A DNA stretch of 64,000 nucleotides from NCBI GenBank assembly GCA_013265495.1, contig MU061579.1, positions 5,516,963 to 5,580,962 of the forward strand, in the 5' to 3' direction. A model generated the notes under the pieces. That model was not told the origin of the DNA, ran no database searches, and saw only the letters and a list, made by a program, of their open reading frames with translations. Positions 11,635-25,479 of the stretch are shown here, in pieces. Made by a program: the position numbers and the translations under genes. Source of the DNA: Vicugna vicugna. Its lineage: Eukaryota. Position 1 is the stretch's first letter; the number at the start of each line of letters is the position of its first letter.

Positions 11635-14600
11635 CAAAAGCATTACTAGACCCATATAATTCAGTTTAAAGTCTCTTAATGCAGTAAATGGTAGCTAAAA
11701 GAATACAGTTTCATATTCCAAGCCTGAACATTTCCACCATTTTATATCAAGAAATGACATTTTAAAACATAGTAGATAACTTAATGCTTTAAATTTCATA
11801 TTTATTTGCAGAATGTCTATTTTCTTGATGTAATTTCTCTAAAGTTAGTGTTTGAGGATATTGGATAATACTAAATGAAGATGCCACTAGAAAATAAACA
11901 CACATTAAATTCTGTTCTCCATCACTACCTCTTTATGTACCTCTTTCTATAAAAATATCTTGTCTTCATTCATCTTACCATTCTTTTCGAGGCCCCAGAA
12001 GAAGAGAGATTGCTCTTTCCTAAAACTGTCTTCCTTTTCTATTTCTCCTCTCTTCTCTCTGGACTGTCTTGGGTCATAGTCTATCAACTAGCCCCTTTTA
12101 TTTATTTGTATTTTCAGTTTTTCCCTGCCAATGGGCCCTTTTCCCTTCTGGATACACTCCCCCCCAAAACAAAACAAAACAAAACAAGACATTTTTAGAT
12201 GTTGATGGCTTTGAAAAATCTTCCCTTGACTCCATTTCAAACTGTTGTTCTGTATTTCTTCTTCCTGTGTTTGATAAATGCAATTCTAGTAAGAATAAGC
12301 TTCACAGAAATCCTTCTTCTACTGTCTATATTTTTTATCTTTATCTTTAGATTTACTACTTAAAAATTTAATGCCCTTACTTCATTAAAAATGGCTGTCT
12401 TTGAGACACAAAGTCTTGTTCATTTGGCCCCAGTCCTCAGAAATCACATACTTTTCTGCAGTCTTCAGTGTTCTCCTTGCTGAGAGAAGGAGAAAGCGGT
12501 GGCTGTGGATGATGGTAAGAGAGATTTAGTTTATCCTGGTCTCTGGTAGGGGAGATCTTTTATCTTCTCAGGTGATTCTAAGAGTTTTCTCCTTCATATG
12601 AGTGTAGGTGACTTTAAAGGACATTCCACACTCACTTGATTCTTAACTTGCTTACTTTGAATCATTTTTGTGTGCATTTTCCCAAATTACTATCTTATAT
12701 TAAGGAAGGGTTCATAATTTACACTGCTTTGTTTTTCTAGTCCTTAGCAGAGGGTCCTAAACTTTTAAGATGCTAGGTATTTGGGGAGGCTATTGATAAG
12801 TCAATGATCTCAACACCCTAGTGTGTAGAAGGTATTTATAGCACAGTATGAAGTGGGAGCAGGCATAGGGATAGGAAGATGGAGTTTGTTAATTTTAATA
12901 CTGTAGTATTTTCTTACTGTATCTATGTAGCTTTGTTCTACAGAGAGAAAAGCAGCAAATATATTTTAGTTCATTCCTTCCATTTTTTTAATTTCCTTCT
13001 AAATAACTGAGCTATGTGTGACCTAGAAGGATGCTGCATCTATCAAGTTCCTGCAGAAGCAAATCAGAGACACAGAGGAGGGAAGGAGAGGGATTTGAGG
13101 AAGTACTTCCTTTCCTTGAGATTCTCCGTTATTTCCAAGCAGCCGAGAGTGCCTACCCTTCCTATTGTTTTCAGTTCTGACATAGTCAAAGTCAATGCAA
13201 TCTGAATAGGAATGGGTGTCTTTAATGGAAGAATCAGGTTATAACAGAAATTAACCAAAGTTGTATTCTAAGTAAAATATTTTAACACCCTTGGATCCAT
13301 TTTCTACAACATGTTCTTAAGCCCTTGGGAAGATTCAGCTGACAATCCAATTTCTGTTTCAAAACAGACACAACAAAATTGTAGTGCAGAAAATCTGTGA
13401 CTTGCCTAGATTGGTTTAAAATCCAAATAAGCATGAAAGAATACACATGAGTGCATGTGAAGAAGAATATAATTTGTATTGGAATAATAATAATATAGAT
13501 TTCATGCAAAGGTAATACCTGATAATATCTCTTGATTAAAAAGACATGTTTCATATCATTAAAATACTTTACATTCAGATACTATTTGAAATTAATCATA
13601 TATCCTAATCAGGGAAAATTGCAAAGTAAATATAAATAGGTTAATTTGTTAAATGTTGGAAATATGTGCTGTAATAAGAGTTAAAGTCATAGGTGCGTTC
13701 AAAAAAAATACAGCCCATTCAGCATAAAGTGTGAATCTATGCATGGGTGGCAGAATTGCTAGTGGGTAAATCTGACCTCTTACTAGAAATAGCTGGTTTG
13801 AAAGCTAATACCAGAGCTTGGTAATGCTCTTTCCTCAAAGCATAATGCAGATTTATCATGCTTTTCCTCTGGGGTAGATGAAGTGCTGACATAACGATTC
13901 GTTGTGAAAATCAGTGTGTTTAAATCCAAAAGGACAGACTACTTCAGAAACACTTTGCCTCTTTAAAGGCAATTTTCAGAGCTGTTGTTACCCAAGAACT
14001 TTGTCCAAACTATTTCCTCCTTTAAGAAAGCACTATAAATAAATCTGTCCTGTGACCTTCAGTTCTCAGCCCCTCCAGCATGTATAGCTTGTTATTAAAA
14101 GAGAAAAATATCTCCCTTCTTACTTAAGGTTGTATATATGTATACTATATCTACCTTATTATACTTTCTAATCAGTTGTCTAAAGTTGATTTGCATATGA
14201 CCTCTTTTTGGAAAATAGAGAAAAGAAATCATTTGTCTCTGTGTTCCTTGGAGAAAGTGAGATGATTTCAAAACTTTACACACACACACGCATATATGTG
14301 TGCTTGTGGACACGCACGTGTGGACACGCACAAACACACGCACAGTACTTTTACAGTAATTCACTCTGACATTGTCCCATGTGAGGCCAGCATTCCATTT
14401 CTCAACCATGAAGCAACTGACTTTGACTTTTTCTCTTGTCTTTACCAGCAGTTAATTACTATCTTGAATTCTCTAAACCCAGCATTATATATTCTCGTCA
14501 AAATCTTATCCAGTAGTTATTTTTGTACAGATATATTATGAGGGATATTCCTGTGTAGAAATGTTTGCTGTGGTAGCTACAGTTTCGTATTCTTTGACCC

Positions 14601-14664
14601 TGGCATTCATAAGCCGCCTGTCTCCCTTACGTATCTCCTAAAAAGGCAATGTTGCCTGGTTTTG

Positions 14665-14890
14665 CAGAGCTGAAGATCTGGAGCCTGGCTGGCTGCACCA
14701 CAGCACAATCCTGACACTTACTTATCTGTGAGAATGTGGGCAACCTGTTCTATAGTCCTGGGCCTCAATTTTTCTGTCTCTTAAGTTAGGATAATAATTG
14801 CATTTTCCCTGTAGAGTTTTTACTGTAACTAAATGAGTTAATAGAGGTGAAACACTTAAATGGCGACTGGAACATTAAAAAATGCTGTGT
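14665..14890 (+). mobile_element. MIR SINE
   Basis: 'ctgggcctcaatttttctgtctc', 'taaatgagttaatagaggtgaaacactta'. Confidence 0.7.
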
Positions 14891-17800
14891 ATGTGTATAA
14901 TCCTATTTTATACACCGAACAAATTCATATTACACTAGTTTATTTGCCCTAATTTCATTATACCTTGTTTTCTCCGGAATGTGGACATTTCTATGTACTT
15001 GATTCAGGTACATACAAATGTACCTTGACATTTGCAGTCTCCTCTACTCCTTTTTACATGTAAAAAATAAAAATATTTTGCATGTTTCTAAGTATGTTCT
15101 ATTCCATATACAGGAAAGTATGGTTTTAACATAAGGACTCCAACTAAGGAAACCCAGACAGGAATTTAGGGAATATTATGAAAACCACACTTCTTGATGA
15201 CCTAATGGTGACAGTGGTAGATGGTGACAAAATGAGAATAACTTTATAATGATTGCACCAGGAACCTTGTTTACTTCTTTGAAAAAAAATCTTTGAAATT
15301 TTAGTGTGTTAATGCAAATAAAATGTTAAATTATTGAGAAATATAACAATGATTAAATTTATAAAAAATATAACCTTCTGAAAAACTATAATGCATTGAG
15401 AAAGGAAGATCAAAGGATATAACACCAAAAAAAAAAACAAAACAGGCCTACTAAGAAAATGACAAGAAACAAGTAAGAGAGACATTATAGCACAGGAAAG
15501 CCATGCCTAGTTGTGTGAAATATACATGATTAGCAAGATATAATCAGCTTGGAAAAGTGCAACTTCAGAAATATTTATTATACTTTTGAGTATTATAAAG
15601 CAATAGCACTAAGATTAAAAAGGCAGGGAGCAAATTCACTTACAATTCATTGGCAGATAATTGTATATTTTAGGCTAGGAACTTATCATTGTTTATAGAC
15701 TGTTTTGTAGTGCACTGAACATATCTCATTTAAAATGTTTGTCTACTTTCGTTAGACTGTGAGTTCCTTAAATACTGCATCTTGCAATTTGTTGTTAATA
15801 TGAGCGACTTCATGAAGAGTTGTTCAATTGATTGATTTTAGCCTTTTGGTTATAATGGATAAATTACCACTGCAATTCTATATAGTGCTACCAAGTTCCT
15901 TTAGCTTTATACTCTTCAAAGAGGTCTCCACTCATAAATGATACCCATGAAATTGAACTGCTGTACTGCTCAACAGCAAGACGGTGGGGCAAAATCTGGG
16001 TGGATGTCAGGATATGAATGAGTGGCATCACCCTTTGCAAATTATATATAAAATCTATTACCGTCATTCAAAGAGTAAGTTAGCATTGTTTTCAAGGTTT
16101 CCATTAATTTTTGTTACCTTCTGGTATTTTAAGAGGGCTTTTTAAATCTTGAATTGTTAACGCTGAGTGTCTGATTCATCTCTGAAATTTAGTGCTGTAA
16201 CAAATGTTATAAAATGTATATATGAGAGAAAAATGAATCCCTTTCAATGGGGGAACTCTGTACTCACAGACTCACAGTAAATACCTGTTTAACTTCTTTT
16301 TTTTTTTTTTGGAAGTTCCCTAACATTTAGCTGTCTACAGGACTTCCTATGTACTAAAATATTTAGACATTTCTGGCCTTGGATATTAATGTAAACCTAA
16401 ATAGCCAAATCAGTTTTAAAAATAAGATTAAAATTCTCCACCAATTAGACAAAATCCAGCTTTCTTAAGACTTTTCATAATGGCATACATAGTAATACAT
16501 TTATTAGAACTTGATGGTAGTAGGCCATTCTTTTTAATCTTCTTTGAAGTGGAAAAAGACCCAAATCTCCCTGGATTAAGATAATGTCTTTTTATTTGTT
16601 GAGAAAAAAAGATATTTTTAATGAATTGTTTGATTAGATAATCTTCATTTCTCTCGGAAAGTGTTTCTTATATATAAACTCAAAATCCCTCTTCTGTGTT
16701 CATAGTACTGCAGATTGTGCAAAGGTTAGGTAAAATTCTTTTTGATTCCTAATTTAACTGAACATATCGTATTTTTCTAAGTGCAATGTTTTGAAGCCTA
16801 AAGAAGTGTTACATTCACAGGTCTTTTATTGTATATATAAATTTAACATTTTGACAACAATATTGCAATAACATGCATGATCTATATCCTTGACAGATAT
16901 CCAGGTTCTTTTTAATTGTGTTTAAACTTTATGCATAAACATCATTGTATAATCAGTATTACTTTCTTTTGATTATTGGAACAGATATTGACATTGCTTG
17001 TTTAAATCACAATTTTGTTATCTTACTTCTAGAGTCTAAGGAAGCAAAATTAGCCTGTATAATGTATCTTTGTTCACCTTTAGTAAAATTTTTCCCTTTT
17101 TATAGGCAGTACTCTACTGTTAAACCCCAATGGATATATGATAAGACTATAATTTTTGATGGATGCTCCACTGTGGGTACAAATCTTGTCATTGTGTTAT
17201 AGTCTATGCACATTTTCTTTTCCATCAAATCTTCTTTGAAATTCAAAAAATATTTCAGATATTATGATGTTTCCAAACTGTCCTCAGGGATCACTGTTCT
17301 TATTGTCAACCTTTTCTGAAAAGGGAAAAGGAAATTCAATATGGAAAAGCTTTGCTAGCTGAGTGCTTTTATTTTGTCTTCTGTGTAGCAGAACATTGAA
17401 TCTATCATTTCTAAGACTGTTCTGAGAATTTTGTAATTACAGCACTTAGATTTAAGAGACATAATTTATCATCATTCTGTTTTCAATTGCTGTAGTATTT
17501 CAGTCAAATTCAAAAGTACTTTTCTAATTTTATTTCTGAAGGTTATGTTGACCTTTCCTTTATGTTGAATAAATAACCTAAGTTTCTCTTTTGCTTGGTA
17601 AATCTAGTTTGTGTTACAAAGAAAACTGTTTGCATTTTTTTATTTTTAAAAATATATTAATATATTTACTTGTTGTTTGATAAAAATATATTGTATTTAT
17701 TACTCCTTTCAGCATGTTGCACAAGCATGAAAATAACCATTTCCTATGGCCCTTTTTACCCTCATATATTTTAGTAGCTCTTAAAAACACTTTCAAATAT

Positions 17801-19599
17801 AACAGAGCTAGATTTTAGTAAGCTTATGTTATCTGTACCTATCTAAGTAAATGTTTAGTTACGTACATGGGAGCTGTCCCTATGGCTTTATACAAGTTAA
17901 CCTCTGTTGCAGAGATTTACAAAGTTATTTGTTTCCATGTATAGTTAATATTGCATTTTCTTGCTGCATAACAGTATAGACTCGGATATGCTTGCAATTG
18001 TTGATGGACTGGTTCCCTTTCAAGCAGAAAGAGTAACATTGTTTAAGTCCTGTTCTATATGTCTTCATGTACAATCATGCATTATGCCTTTTTTAATAAT
18101 GATATGCCTTATTAGCAAATTTGCATAGTTTACCCCAGTGCATTAAAAAAAACTTCCAAAACCATTTGGTTATCTGCTTATACTATTTATCAAATTTGTC
18201 CTTTCATTTTCATTTCAAATTTCAATATCCTTATTTCTACTTTATTGTTCCCCCCAGATGAATATCTCTTTTCTTCACCACTCCAATGGTTCCTATAAGA
18301 TTAGCTATTATGAGTTCTTAAAATTAACCCCAATCATATGACTGCACTATTCAGAACATTAATATTATCAGTGCTTGCCATTTAAGGAATTCCATATTCT
18401 GGCTCTATCCAACTTTATAAAACTGTAAGTCATTTATTTTCTATATATTCTCTACACCAGTCCCAAAGTGATGGTATCAAAGTGTTTATTACATGTACTT
18501 GAGATTAAAAAGCTTACACCAGAATCTAAATCAAAATGCTTTATAAAGCATATTCTAGTTAAGCTTCTAATACATTTTCAAAGCAAGATTTTCTTGATAA
18601 AGGAAGCAGTGCATTGCTTTACAGGCTAAAACAAACTCCCTTATTTCCTCATGATGTTCACAAACAATTCTTGGATCAGTCCCATTCCATGGATGACACT
18701 TTTAGTTATTCTGCTGGTTCTCTAGATGTATACACGGCTACACAGGGCCTTTCTAATTCCCCTGGGAAAATTCTGTATATACAATTTAGCTGATGCTGTT
18801 TTCTTATATTTAAAAAAGGATCCACCTTTTGTTCAAAATGTATAGCTGATCTAACATGTCATTGAGAATTATTTTATTCCCTTGTTGAGTGATTTACTCA
18901 TCCTACAGTTTCACTATTTTTATAATGTTTTTCCAAGAACATTGCTAAATTCAGGAGATACAGAAATAAATACTGTATTTCTCTGGCTGAAAAATTCCAC
19001 GTTTGTGTTTGTTTCTCTGAGTATGAGTGAGCTCTAAATTTATGGAAGCTTAAAATTACTATTAGCCAATAGAGAAATAGTTTTCATTACTTGAGCGTGC
19101 ATATACGTAGTTGTTATTCTTGAGGACGTGACTGGACAGTCATAATATTTTGACGTAATGTTCCACATAAGGATCCCTTGAGGAAGGAATCTGGATGTTT
19201 ATTATTTTTCTAATATCAAGAAACTACTAGCATGAATGTCTAGGCTTGGATAAGATCCAAGGAACAAATATGGAACACTGTTTTACGAACTATTGTATGA
19301 ACCACGACCATTATTTCACAGAAGATGATACTTTATAATAAAACATGGGCAATAAATGATGATTTTGAAAAGTGATTTAAAGTAGATCTCTGAATGTAAT
19401 GAAGTTTTAGGAACCCTGTAACAATTTATTCCACTAATACTTTTCTTTATGTACAGAATTGGATAAACACTAACTGTATGCCAAAAACAGTTGGAAGGTA
19501 TTTTATGCAATTTGACTAACTTAATCAGTACCTTTACCATAACTTCACAAGTTTTACAGATAGGAATGATGTGGAATATGCATGCATTAATAAGTATAG

Positions 19600-19775
19600 G
19601 CTTCCAGAGTAATATCTGACCTGTCTCAAGTACTATGTTATTACATTTTTTTTTTCCAATTTAGGGAGCAGGAGTCTGAAACAGTGAGGTTAATTAACTC
19701 CCTAAGTTGCAGCTATCTGATGGAAAACTTGACATTAGAGCCCAAAGATTCAAATTTTTAATTTCCGTCCTGTAC
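19600..19775 (-). mobile_element. MIR fragment
   Basis: 'gaggttaattaactccctaagttgcagcta', similar to the MIR core in reverse. Confidence 0.5.
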
Positions 19776-20119
19776 TGCCTTTTAGCCTTGAGTTACACAA
19801 ATAGTCAATATCTTCCTGTGCAGGGGATAGATAACTCAACAAACATGATAAATGAAACATGTAAAGTAAAATATTCTTTAATAGTTTTGATAGAGGTGCA
19901 TAGAATGTGCTGTTACATTTCTGAGAAGCGTCACTGTCACCAGACTTGGGTGAAGAGCAAGGATGGCTTCTGGTTGGAAGGAATGTCCAAGGCAGATTTT
20001 GAAACAGAAATAAAACTTAGATATAGGCTTGGTGTTGACAGTAATGGAAGAGGTTTTCTCAACAGCAGTCATCCTGTAACATTTTCCCACTTCCTTACCT
20101 CATTATAACTACTCTGTCC

Positions 20120-20480
20120 ACAAGCACGCTGGGCAGACTCCCACCGCAAGACCTTTGCACTAGTTCCCTCTGCCTAGAAAGCTCTTCCGCAAAATAGCCA
20201 CATGGGTTAATCGTTTATCCACTTCAGATTTTTATTTAAAATTCTTACCCGTGAGGCCTTCTCTGGCTAATCTATTAAAAATTGCAACTCACAACAATAA
20301 TATTTCTATCTCCTCCCTGTATTTTTCTCCTTGATATGTGTCACTATGTATTTTGCTTATTTTGTCAACCTCCTCCACTAAAATGTAAAGGAATAAGGGC
20401 AGATATTTTTGTCTTTTCTGCAGCAGTATTCCCAGTGAATGATGGAACTGCACGTGGTTCATGTTGCTTGATAACAGGAT
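20120..20480 (+). mobile_element. L2 fragment
   Basis: 'acctttgcactagttccctctgcctagaaagctcttcc' and 'ctccactaaaatgtaaag' are typical L2 3' motifs. Confidence 0.65.
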
Positions 20481-21106
20481 GCTTATCGAGGTCTGTGTGT
20501 GGAGGGGGAAGTGTGTGGAGGTAATTTTAGGCAGGCAAAGACCATGGTAAGTTGTGCTTTACTAAAGTGTTTGAACTCAATTGTCTTGGTGATGAATCTT
20601 AATTAAGATGGTGATGTAGTCTGTTTTTTAGATTAGAAATGTCTATTGAAGTCATTCTGAAAATAAATTGGAGAAGTATAAAGAAGGATTTGGACACCAG
20701 TTAGGTAATCATTGCTATAATCCAGGCCATTAAATTATAACAGTTCATGAGAACTATTTGAATTGGGGCTCTAGGTATTCCTCATAGTTCCAGTTGAACC
20801 TGATTTCTCACATTGCATGAGAAAGGGTTACGTTAGAGGAGTATGTATAAGTCCTGTACCATTATGTAAATTCCGGCTCTGACCAGGGTACCCTTCTCGT
20901 GTTTGAGCGACTTTGAGTGACTTGGTTGAACTCTTAGTTAGCAAATTGCTTATAGCGACGTCAAGAGCGCACAATAGGTATTACAGTATTTAACTTTGAC
21001 TATTAGGAGTAACTATCCTGTTAAGAACATCACATGTGGTAGTTGCATGCTTGATTTTCCAGCTGACAGTCCTCTTTCTCTTGCAACCTTCTTTACAACA
21101 AAATTG

Positions 21107-21152
21107 TCTTTTACTCTGTTTTATCCCATTTCTTTTACTCTGTTTTATCCCA
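21107..21152. repeat. 24-bp tandem duplication
   Basis: 'tcttttactctgttttatccca' occurs twice with a 24-bp period. Confidence 0.9.
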
Positions 21153-21492
21153 CTTTTTCCCAAACAGAAACACAAGTTTTATCAAATGGAATAGAGGGAT
21201 TTTTTCTCCTAAAGAAGAAAATACTATGTTTTAGCACACTTGTATCTCTGAACTTCCCAGATTTGTTTTGCTTAATATAATTCACATATAAAGAAATTAC
21301 CCTAAAGCCTCTTCTCATGCTTTCTTAAGATTCTTAATGACATTTTTTTTTGTATGTCGAGAGTTAGAATGTAAAATTTAGTGAGGCGAGCAGGTAGGCA
21401 CTGATGTTTTAGAGAATAATCTCTTATACATTTGACATAGGACATGAAATATTTTGTACTGCTTGCTTGGGCCATCATATTTTTCTTAGCAA

Positions 21493-21662
21493 TTTTTTTC
21501 TTTTTTGAGTAAAGGCAGATTTATTTAGAGAGATACATTGAAAGGCAAGAGAAAGGCCAGGAGGTGTGCGGGTGGGGTGCTCAGATTAGAGTAAGAGGAG
21601 GTACACACTCCGTAGACAGACTGCGGGCCGTCTCTGAAGAGGAGGAAGAGAGAGTGGCGGCA
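21493..21662 (-). mobile_element. Poly(A)-tailed retrocopy of an ERV1 LTR R region
   Basis: The reverse complement aligns with ~50112-50263 of the solo LTR (e.g. 'tggcctttctcttgcctttc.atgtatctctctaaataaatct.cctttac'). It ends in an A-rich tail ~13 nt after AATAAA and has no U3 or U5. Confidence 0.85.
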
Positions 21663-24600
21663 GTGCAAATTTTAACTTTTTATAATATTTGCCTGTACAC
21701 TGCATGCATGTGTAACATTTAAACCATTCAAAAAATTCTTGAACATTACTTAATTTTCTTTCATTTAATATGGATAATTAAATGATCTCAGATATAGTCT
21801 ATATCATTGATATGGGCCTAAACCAATGAGCCAGTGGTAGAAAGCAAAGAAATACCCCTGTGCATATATAGAAACTTGGTATTTGAGAGAAGGGACAGTG
21901 CAAAATGAATAGACTATTTATTATGAATAATCAATTTGATAAATGGTTGTGGGAGAATTGATAATAGGGAAAAAACATTTTTTCTTCCTCCTTGTTTTTT
22001 AAAATAATTTTACTCCATATGTATGTAATATAAATATTTTGTGATTTTTACAACTTACATAAACAATATCTTACTCAACTATAAGGAAATATTTCTCCAG
22101 ATTGGTCACTTATTAGCTAGGCTCCCAGGAATGGAACCAGCCTTCTGCATAGATACATAAGAGCAAGTAGCCGTGGCTGGTGACAAAGCTTGGACCACAG
22201 CCCCTTCCTAGCCTAGTCCCCATCATGAGGGAAGGGGTGAGGGACAGAAGCTCTCCCAACCATAAGCAGAGATGTAGCCAATAATACCCCATCAAAAAGC
22301 TACAACATCAAATATGAGAGCCCAGCCCCTGGATTGTGCCACTGTTTGGACTGGCAGAAAAGGGCTAGAGCCAAGACTCGGCATGTTATTTATTAGGACT
22401 GACTCCTGTTGACAACAGAAGTAGGTTCCCTAATCATGCAGCTTCAGAGACCTACAGTCAAAAGCTGAAGTTCCTTTTAAGTTCTCTTAAGTGTAGTTGG
22501 CCCTGCCAAATAGCAGTGCAACATCTCAGAGGGTGATGTGTGGTGGGTGACGTATGCATGTGCTGTTGACACTGCCTCTGGGAGCTTTCCACATTCCAGG
22601 CTGCACCAGCAGGCGTGGGCTCAGGACGGCTCAGTGCTTTGCTCTTGTTGCATGACACATACTATATGCAGGGAATTAAGGATTCATCACTTACATACTA
22701 GAGATCACATTGGAAAGATATGATAATTGCAAGGAAATTTTAGTAAAAGTCATAATAGACAAGAATATGTGATTTGAAGAGGCCAAAAAAAGGAAAGAAA
22801 GAAAGATGAGGGAAAATGGAGTTTCACACAGAGTTTAGCATCTATTTTATTGAAGTAAAAATAAACGGAAAATATGTATTCAGCTAAAATAGAAGTATAT
22901 CTTAATCTAATATAAGGAAAAACTTTACAAATGTAAATTGGTAGGATTGCTTTAAAATAAAGTATACATTTTGGGAAACTAATTTAGCCTTGTATTCATC
23001 TAGTGACTTTTAATTAGGAATCCTAAGGTTTAACTTCAAATACATAGAAGAAAACAAATCGATGAGTAAGAAAAAGAATGATAGACACAGATGAACCAGC
23101 CAGGCTTCCCTTATGCTAGTGTTCAGTTGCAAGCTGGAAAAGACATCACTGAGGACCAGTAAATTTAGTTTAGCACTGGAACCTATCAATCGGAAGATTT
23201 CTCATCTCTTCGTATATCCATTTAAAAGGAGTATTCTATGGAAATATAATGTCAGTATTTTAAGCATTATCCTCCCCAAAATCTCACCATGTCTGTTATT
23301 TCTGCCCAAATCCCCTATGTCTGTCAGGCAGGTACAGTCAAGACCCAGTTGTGCACCTGTAATTATTAGCATTTGGCAAATGGTATAAAGCTAGTGTGAA
23401 ATGGAAAATACCTTACAAATGTATTCTCCCTTGGAAATTTCACATGCTTTATGTGCCCTGTCCCAACAGCACTCATATTAATCCCATAATCAAAAATGTC
23501 TAATTAGAACCAATTTGATAAGCAGTCAGTTATCTGCATTAAACATATGTGTTACTATTCATTGTACAAGTAAACCTATTATTTCCAAGAGAAATCAGAG
23601 TCATTAGATCAGAAAGGCTTACTAAAATTGAACACTGCTAAGCAAAATTAAGGATTTCTATTTTAGAAGAAAACATACATCTCATTTCAAAGTAAATGAC
23701 ACATTAATAGACATAATTAGCACTATAAAGTGTTCAAGAGTCTTGAGAAAATTAATATGAGTATTGAGTTTGAATGGGGTAGATTGCTTCAGAGGCCATC
23801 TACATATTCTATTATGAACAGGTTTTAAGCATATTAACGCTTTAAACAGACTTAGGAAGTAACAGATATTCTTTGAAGCAAGAAACCAGAAAATGAATAT
23901 AAAGAGAGAATTGAACTTCCCAAATTATCAGAGATTCCTTAATAAGTAAACTTCCTCCTTTTTGATCTTAGTGACAAATTACTGACTCATAAGATCAGAA
24001 AATAAATCCTCATCCGAAGCTGAACTCTATAACTGTATTTTGCTGCTTCTCAATTTCATGGGTGCTCGATGCTTTCTGTATTGTGCAGGGATTTACATTC
24101 CTGATTAGTAAGACTTCAATGGACTGATACAATTCCAGTCATAACTAGAACCCTTGTAGCAGTATTTGCACTTCCACTGATAGTTAATCGATACCATTTT
24201 AGCATCTTAATTGCTTCATGAAGTAACTATTTTAAGAAATTTATTATCTTTATGAGGCTTAAAATAATGTTTCATTTTCAAACAGTGCAACTGCTGTCCA
24301 TGAGGCTTTCAGGATAAATTTCAAACTCATTAGACAAGCTACTACCTACAGTATTTCAGGAACACTGTCTTCATTTCTGTTGTAATTTCTTCTGTCTTTC
24401 CAGTGCTCAAGTTCCAGTCATTTCAGTGTTGGTGAAATTCTTACAAAGGGCTGCAGGGTTTGCTACCTCTCTGCCTTGTCCTTTCATCTTCATTTGATTT
24501 CCTTTCACTCATCCTGACAGATTCAACTCAGCCACATGTTCCAATATTTTATTTGGTCGAAGAACTCAAGAGCTCATTAGATGCCATTTCCTTGTTCTGA

Positions 24601-25479
24601 TTTTACTCTCTGTTTATCCTGTGATGACACCCATAGTACCAGTGTAATTCCTAACTCTAGATTTCAAAATCTTCCAAGACCAGATAGGAGCTTATCTAAC
24701 TTTGTACTCTCAACATGTAACATGGTTTTTGTTTTGATGTAGGTGTGCTGAATTTTTTAAAAATGAAACTAAGTCATTATTCCTAGATCAGTTATACGAA
24801 GGTGGTAAATGATGTCAACATAAGAAATCAAACCAGTTCCCACCTTAGACTTTGAAATAACAAAGTAATGCAGTTCACATCAGTGCCAGGCTTATTGACT
24901 GGTTTATTATTCATGTATTCAGTAAATGTTTACTGAGGGCCTGCTAGGTGCCTGGCACTTTGCGAGGCAGTATATAAGTTTGTTAAAGAATTCAGGCTTA
25001 GCTGACACATTACCCTAGTCATGTAAATAGTAATGAAAAACTAAATCATATAAATAAAAATGTTTGAATATGTTTAAATTTCCTATGAGTGAACTGTATG
25101 CTGTTGATCATCTGTGATCTGCCAGCAGCATATTAGTAGTGTAGCGTTCCCAGGGAAGAGTGATAGAACTGGTCTCACATACCTCTGCTGGAAATTTTCA
25201 TTGAGTTAATTGCTTTGTGCATTGTTTTACCATTTCCCTGTAAGCCTTACTTTCCTCTGTTAGACCATACAACAATCTTTCTAGCAAGTTGTCCTTAAAC
25301 TTTGCACCAGGTAGTTTTGTCCATTTGTTGCATTCCTCCAAGCAGAAATTCTGCATCAGTTCCTTAAAGGACTAGATATGTCTTCAAGCACTTGAATAGA
25401 TGTTTTAAATTATATTTGTTAAAAGAATAATGAGCTCACTAAAACAGAATAAACACTGGTAGGTGGTACGTAGTGAAAG

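Noticed and set aside
14279..14345. gtggacacgcac duplication within a CA/TG-rich tract
   Set aside because: An ordinary degenerate microsatellite.
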